A DNA stretch of 64,000 nt from contig JBAZNP010000001.1 of assembly GCA_041649155.1 (NCBI GenBank), positions 3,581 to 67,580 on the forward strand, in the 5' to 3' direction. Both the position numbers and the translations under genes were made by a program. The stretch is from Patescibacteria group bacterium. Lineage in GTDB: Bacteria > Patescibacteriota > UBA1384 > XYA2-FULL-43-10 > 1-14-0-10-43-13. The notes below the pieces were generated by a model. That model was not told the origin of the DNA. It ran no database searches and worked only from the letters and a program-made list of their open reading frames with translations. Positions within the stretch are counted from its first letter, which is position 1. Each line of letters begins with the position of its first letter. This document shows positions 58,884-64,000 of this stretch, piece by piece.

Positions 58884-59473
58884 TTCATCTCCTTATCGCC
58901 TTTAATGATACTCATATTGATTCGAAGATATGAAACGGTTAATTGATAAAACCATTTTGCCAGGAACCAGCAACCAATTAAAAACAAAATACTGAATCCA
59001 GTCAAAGCAATAAAAAGGAATAACAGAGCAAGGGGCGTAATTCCAATATTAATTAGCGGATTAGCAAAGTTAGGAATGATTATAGCGGCGGCTGCAATTA
59101 AAAAACCGACCACACCAGAAGCAAAAGCCGCTACGCCGGAAGCAATGAGACCACATAAAATGAATAAAAGGCCAAAAAATGGAAAAGCGATAAAAACTAA
59201 ATTAAAAAAACTTAATCCCGCAGTCGCAAGCACTGCTCGCACAATGCTACTGGCAGAAATTTTATCGTCCGCTTTCCTTATATGGTGATCAGCCCTAAGC
59301 TGTCTAGCAATAGATGAAGGTTCGCCTAACGATTTAGCAATTTCGTTCTCGCTTCGTCCTGATTCTTTTCCTGCTCGAAAATGTTCCTCATAATCAGAAA
59401 TAATGTCTTCAACTTCCGATTCCGGCAAACTTTTTAGAGACCCTCTTAATTTTTTAATAAATTGTTCTTTCAT
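58880..59473 (-). CDS. DUF1700-family membrane protein (PadR-associated sensor)
   Basis: [55 protein letters not shown] is the canonical DUF1700 N-terminus. It has a C-terminal multi-TM region and overlaps padR by 4 nt. Confidence 0.7.
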   Translation of the reverse strand: MKEQFIKKLRGSLKSLPESEVEDIISDYEEHFRAGKESGRSENEIAKSLGEPSSIARQLRADHHIRKADDKISASSIVRAVLATAGLSFFNLVFIAFPFFGLLFILCGLIASGVAAFASGVVGFLIAAAAIIIPNFANPLINIGITPLALLFLFIALTGFSILFLIGCWFLAKWFYQLTVSYLRINMSIIKGDKEMK

Positions 59474-59787
59474 TTTTTAAATTCCCCTAATAACTGATTA
59501 ATATTTATATTAAATTCTTTCCATTCTTTTAATAATTCTTCGCTGGCTACCTTACCTTTTTTAGTTAAACGATAATATTTTCGAGGAGGACCGTCTGTTG
59601 ATTCTTGAAGATAGGTATCAACATATTCTTCGTTTTTTAAACGACGAAGTAAAGGATAAATTGTTCCTTCTGAAATAGCGATTGTTTTGGAAATATCACT
59701 AACCAATTCATAGCCATAACAATCTTTGCGTTCCAAAACAGTCAAGACACACATTTCCAAAACACCTTTTTTTAATTGAGTATCCAA
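59470..59787 (-). CDS. padR: PadR-family transcriptional regulator
   Basis: [23 protein letters not shown]...[16 protein letters not shown] is a winged helix of the PadR family. Confidence 0.85.
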   Translation of the reverse strand: MDTQLKKGVLEMCVLTVLERKDCYGYELVSDISKTIAISEGTIYPLLRRLKNEEYVDTYLQESTDGPPRKYYRLTKKGKVASEELLKEWKEFNININQLLGEFKK

Positions 59788-59985
59788 GTTAGCTCCTTAA
59801 ATAGCTATTATGCATTACACAGTACTATGTTATATATACCACAATATGATTTTCTGTCAACATTTACAGAGAGCTATTTTAACTTCATATAGCAATATTA
59901 CCAGTCTGAGACATAATAATATTATTAGATTTATTTTGTGAAAAAAGGAACGCAGTCCCCTTTTGATCTCATCTTTGGCTTTTTA

Positions 59986-60948
59986 TTATCTCAGAACAAG
60001 ATTAAATAAATATCCAGTAAACAATATCCCCAAGCCCACAATGCCGGCAAAAATTAAAATTAGCTTGGTTTTCATCACTTTTTTTAAAATCATAAATTCA
60101 GGAAGAGACAATCCTGTTACGGCCATCATAAATGCAAGAGTTGTACCTATAGCCACGCCTTTTTCCGTAAGAACTGAAACAAGTGGGATAATACCTGCCG
60201 CGTTTGAATACAGAGGAATACCGATCAATGTTGCGAATGGCACAGCATACCACTTATCGCTGCCGGCATATTGAGCCAGAAAATCAGTCGGCACATAGCC
60301 GTGAATCCAGGCCCCAATTCCAATGCCGATGATTACATAAATCCAAACTTTTTTAATAATGTTAAAAGTATATTTTCTAGCGTAGAAAGCTCTTTCCGGT
60401 AATGTTTTTTCTTTTATAACGCCGGAGTTATTTTTGTATTCAATCTTTTCTATCAAATCCTCAACTTTGAGCCTGCCAATTATTATGCCGGAAATTATCG
60501 CAATCAAAAGACCGCTCAAAACATACAATAAGGCAATTTTCCAGCCGAACATGCCAAGCAAAAGAACAATAGCGACCTCATTTATCATCGGCGAAGCAAT
60601 AAGAAATGAAAAAGTAACTCCAAGCGGCACACCCGCCTCAATGAAACCAAGAAATAGAGGGATTGCGCTGCAAGTGCAAAATGGAGTCAAAATGCCAAAA
60701 AAGGCGGCTAGAATATTGCCGACAAATGAATATTTATGAGTTAAGATTTTCCTAATTTTTTCAGTCGGCAAAAATGTACGAATAACAGAGACTACAAATA
60801 TGATAACTACGAGCAAAATAAGGATTTTAATTGTATCAAAAATAAAGAAATTGATAGCTTCAGCTAAAAACGTTCCATGTGCTATTGAGAACACTGAATA
60901 AGTGAGCCAATCTGCTAATAATTTAACCGGATAAAATATTGTGTCCAT
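59986..60948 (-). CDS. Predicted permease (DUF318/PF03773-like, ArsP-type) with a CxC motif
   Basis: About 8 TM segments, with the motif TPFCTCSAIPLF and a duplicated half-topology. Confidence 0.5.
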   Translation of the reverse strand: MDTIFYPVKLLADWLTYSVFSIAHGTFLAEAINFFIFDTIKILILLVVIIFVVSVIRTFLPTEKIRKILTHKYSFVGNILAAFFGILTPFCTCSAIPLFLGFIEAGVPLGVTFSFLIASPMINEVAIVLLLGMFGWKIALLYVLSGLLIAIISGIIIGRLKVEDLIEKIEYKNNSGVIKEKTLPERAFYARKYTFNIIKKVWIYVIIGIGIGAWIHGYVPTDFLAQYAGSDKWYAVPFATLIGIPLYSNAAGIIPLVSVLTEKGVAIGTTLAFMMAVTGLSLPEFMILKKVMKTKLILIFAGIVGLGILFTGYLFNLVLR

Positions 60949-61218
60949 GAAATCCTTAACATTTTTAATTTATATGACCGCCATAACTATGCGCCGATCT
61001 GAAACGGGTTGAAATTGGTCTTAGTATCGTAAAAGTCCTCTGATTCTTTTTTCTTAAGCTTGTTTACAATCAAATAAGTTAACAGTGTGAAAGTTATTTG
61101 ATTGATATTTTACTTAGTTGATTATACCAAACTGAAAGCATCGAAGACAGTGTTTAAATTTAGTTTTACCTTTTATAAAAATGATTTATAATTAACCTAA
61201 TATTAAACAAGGAAACAA

Positions 61219-62112
61219 ATGATTGAAATTTTTAACGATGCCCTAATTGATACTCTTAAAATGGTTCCTCTGCTATTCATAATTTACGTGGTAATTGAAT
61301 TTATTGAGTACAAGTACAGCGTCAAATTAAAGGAGAGAGTCGAAAAGGCAGGCAATGCAGGGCCTACAATCGGCGCATTGGTCGGAGCGGTACCGCAATG
61401 CGGTTTTTCAGTTATTTCCTCGGCACTGTATACTCAAAGATTATTAACAATCGGCACCTTATTGGCCGTTTATCTCTCAACCTCAGATGAAGCAATCCCG
61501 ATAATATTGTCAGAACCCGGCAAAGCCAAGGTTGTCTTACCCTTAATCCTCACTAAAATAGTGCTGGCATTGTTTGCCGGATATGTCGTCGATTTATTTT
61601 ATCGTAAATCAAATAAAAAAGTCTTGAATCATATAGATAAATTTGATCGCCATGAATGTCATCATGATCATACAGTTGATGAAACTGCCTGCTGTGGCCA
61701 CGAATTAGGAGAGAAACCTAAAGTAAAAAATTTACTTATTCACCCCCTAATTCATACTGCAAAAATTTTCATGTTTATATTTTTAGTCACCTTATTGATA
61801 AATTATATCTTTTTCCGTGTAGGAGATGAGAATATTGCCAATTTCTTTTTAAGCCAATCTATTTTTCAGCCTGTTGTTGCCGCTCTAATCGGGTTAATCC
61901 CAAATTGTGCCGCATCGGTCGCCATTGCAGAACTATATTTAAAAGGAGCAATTTCTTATGGCTCTACAATTGCTGGCCTATCAGCAGGAGCGGGTTTAGG
62001 GCTTCTTGTTCTGTTTAAAGAAAACAAAAATCTAAAAAATACTCTTCTAATATTAGGCCTGCTCTTGTTTTTTAGTATAGGAGCCGGAATTTTGATTGAT
62101 ATGATTTTTTAA
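61219..62112 (+). CDS. Membrane protein, putative 10-TM metal/metalloid efflux permease (ArsP_2-like)
   Basis: Two repeated halves carrying GAVPQCGFS and LIPNCAASVAI motifs, with a His-rich loop HECHHDHTVDETACCGHE. Confidence 0.4.
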   Translation: MIEIFNDALIDTLKMVPLLFIIYVVIEFIEYKYSVKLKERVEKAGNAGPTIGALVGAVPQCGFSVISSALYTQRLLTIGTLLAVYLSTSDEAIPIILSEPGKAKVVLPLILTKIVLALFAGYVVDLFYRKSNKKVLNHIDKFDRHECHHDHTVDETACCGHELGEKPKVKNLLIHPLIHTAKIFMFIFLVTLLINYIFFRVGDENIANFFLSQSIFQPVVAALIGLIPNCAASVAIAELYLKGAISYGSTIAGLSAGAGLGLLVLFKENKNLKNTLLILGLLLFFSIGAGILIDMIF

Positions 62113-62196
62113 ACTTTTTTTCATCGTCATTGCGAGGTCGCCGTGGCGACCGTGGCAATATTTAGACAGATATTATTCAATATGTAAGTTACTCTA

Positions 62197-62226
62197 AAAA
62201 ATCACAAAATTTTTGTGATTTTTTGT
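62197..62226 (+). terminator. Terminator after the ArsP_2-like gene
   Basis: aaaaaatcacaaaatttttgtgattttttg. Confidence 0.55.
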
Positions 62227-62269
62227 TTATCGCCTATATAACAAGCGTTTATTTATAGCGTAATATTAT

Positions 62270-62405
62270 GCGCGTAGATGGTATAAGGAGGCGAAATAGG
62301 ATCCCCCTCCCAAAGGATCGGAGACTAATAGCTGATACGATAGCTACGTTTATACCATCAACGGGCCATGGCCTCACCTGATCTTTCGGGTGAGGCCATT
62401 TTTTC
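62270..62405 (+). ncRNA. Candidate small structured RNA or leader ending in a strong intrinsic terminator, upstream of rsmH
   Basis: Long-range pairing gatggtataa...ttataccatc encloses inner hairpins. It ends with ggcctcacctgatctttcgggtgaggcc followed by attttttct. The true rsmH start (MKHIPVL) is at 62444. Confidence 0.3.
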
Positions 62406-62443
62406 TAGAAAAAAAATGAATTTTATGCTAAGATTATTAATCA

Positions 62444-63504
62444 TGAAACATATCCCCGTTTTAAAAAATGAAGTTTTGGAAGCGTTCAGCTATCTTAAAG
62501 ACGTCAAGAATAGCTTTTTTGTTGATGGTACGCTCGGATTAGCAGGCCACAGCTTGGCCATAGCCGAACAATTTAAAATTCAAAAAATAAAATTTAAAAT
62601 TATGGGTATCGATAAAGATAAAACTGCTTTGAGGTTAGCAAAAGAAAATATTGAAAATACAGGCTTTATAAATAATTTTTTATTTGTGCATGATGATTTT
62701 AAAAATATCGAAGAAATTTTAAAAAACTTGCGTCATTCCAGACCTGATCTGGAATCCAGAAATACCACAGGCAAACCAACTTCCTGGATCCCGGATCTCA
62801 AGCTTACAGTCCGTGATGATGAGTCTGATAATGGTAGCTTGATGATCAACGGAGCGCTAATTGATCTTGGTGTCTCATCGATGCAATTAGACGACAAAAA
62901 AAGAGGGTTTTCTTTTTCCGATCCAGAGGCAGCTTTGGACATGAGAATGGATCAAACTCAGGAGTTAAGTGCTTTTGATGTTTTAAATTACTATCCGCAA
63001 CTAAAACTGGAAAAAATATTCAAAGAATATGGAGAAGAAAAATTTTATAAAAATATCGCAAAAAATATTTGTAAAGACAGAAAGATCAAACCAATTGAAA
63101 AGGTCGGTGAACTCTTGGACATCTTAGAAATATCGATCCCAACCAAAATAAGAAAAACCAGTAAAAAACATTTTGCAACCGGAACTTTCAGAGCATTGCG
63201 GCTTGAGGTCAATCAGGAATTAACAAAACTTGATACGACACTTATGAATTTTATAAATGCTCTCAAAAAAGGTTCAAGGTTAGCTGTTATATCTTTTCAC
63301 TCAACTGAAGATAGAATCGTAAAGGAAACCTTTAGAAAAGCTGAAAATCCATGTGTCTGTCCTCCCTTAGCTCCAGTTTGCACATGTGAAAATGTTTCTG
63401 CCGTCAAGATAATAACCAAAAAGCCGATTATTCCGTCAGATCAGGAAATAGCAGAAAATCCTCGTTCTAGAAGCGCTAAATTAAGAATAATTGAAAAACT
63501 ATAA
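62444..63504 (+). CDS. rsmH: 16S rRNA (cytosine1402-N4)-methyltransferase RsmH (ORF open from 62368)
   Basis: MKHIPVLKNEVLEAF, DGTLGLAGHS, DLGVSSMQLDD and a C-terminal RsmH domain. It contains a ~30 aa in-frame palindromic-element insertion. Confidence 0.85.
62732..62820 (+). repeat. In-frame composite palindromic element (modules Q and P) inside rsmH
   Basis: gtcattccagacctgatctggaatccag...ggatcccggatctcaagcttacagtccgtgatgat is the inverted homolog of 37704-37788. It encodes HSRPDLESRNTTGKPTSWIPDLKLTVRDD. Confidence 0.75.
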
Positions 63505-63590
63505 TTCAAATACCAAAAGTATATGAATTTAATGATTGGATATTTTATTAGAAATTAGAAATTGTTTTGCGACTAAGATCGTTAATTCAT

Positions 63591-64000
63591 ATGACCAAAA
63601 ATAAAAAACCAACATTATTACTTCACTCGTGTTGCGCACCCTGTACAACGGCAGTGTATGAAAAAATATGCAATAACTTTAATGCCACTCTGTTTTGGTT
63701 TAATCCCAACATCGAACCATTTTTAGAATACGAAAAACGTCTTGACGAACTTAAAAAGTTATCTAAGATACTTAAAATAGAATTAATAGTTGATGATAAA
63801 TATGCAGCCGAGAATCAGAATTGGAACCTTCTAGTTAGAAATTTTACCGACGAAAAAGAGGGTGGAAACAGATGCAGGCTTTGTATTAAAAGCCGGCTTT
63901 TAAGTACAGCAAAATATGGAAAAGATAATAATTTTGATTATTTTGCCACAACTTTAACAATTTCCCCTCATAAAAACTCTAAAATGATAAATGAAATTGG
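63591..64000 (+). CDS. queH: Epoxyqueuosine reductase QueH (DUF208), 5' part; runs off the window end
   Basis: MTKNKKPTLLLHSCCAPCTTAVYEK... is the QueH LLHSCCAPC signature. There is no stop inside the window. Confidence 0.7.
   Translation, partial: MTKNKKPTLLLHSCCAPCTTAVYEKICNNFNATLFWFNPNIEPFLEYEKRLDELKKLSKILKIELIVDDKYAAENQNWNLLVRNFTDEKEGGNRCRLCIKSRLLSTAKYGKDNNFDYFATTLTISPHKNSKMINEI

Noticed and set aside
1-64000. Alternative genetic code (UGA recoding, as in some CPR lineages)
   Set aside because: Well-supported genes terminate at TGA, TAA and TAG, at full length relative to homologs. Examples are the Cas2-like gene ending in TGA and def-fmt ending in TAG. There are no in-frame TGAs in conserved genes.

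Overview
This 64 kb window is a visibly AT-rich bacterial chromosome segment, densely packed with housekeeping genes. It carries uvrA (partial), infC-rpmI-rplT, lspA, lgt, lepB, der, priA, a galE-like epimerase, a def-fmt fusion, rpsP, a KH-domain gene, trmD, uvrB, rplY, a miaB-like methylthiotransferase, thrS, thyX, dcd, glyA, a dut-tmk fusion, rnhB, tRNA-Val, rsmH and queH (partial). Several things point to a reduced-genome, CPR/Patescibacteria-like organism (inference): small insertion-bearing proteins, unusual gene fusions, frequent genes without a Shine-Dalgarno sequence, and large surface proteins.

Among these genes sit several accessory modules.
(1) A complete diversity-generating retroelement at 4.4-7.6 kb. 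It has a reverse transcriptase, a divergently oriented Avd, and a 133 bp template repeat. The matching variable repeat lies at the 3' end of a GC-rich target gene, and all 21 TR/VR mismatches fall on TR adenines.
(2) Many small palindromic MITE-like repeats. Five copies are inserted in frame into uvrB, miaB (two), priA and rsmH.
(3) A cohesin-domain membrane protein next to a dockerin-bearing GH5 glycoside hydrolase.
(4) A wHTH plus Cas2-like (PaaX-like) gene flanked by two identical 40 bp palindromes.
(5) An ORF-free GC-rich island of about 700 bp that may be a structured RNA.
(6) A KAP-family NTPase next to a frameshifted NYN nuclease.
(7) A PadR-DUF1700-DUF4097-MacB envelope module.
(8) A giant NHL-repeat surface protein with an adjacent ABC exporter.
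(9) An XRE-HTH plus Hsp20 fusion.

No CRISPR array, rRNA or integrase/transposase gene was found.
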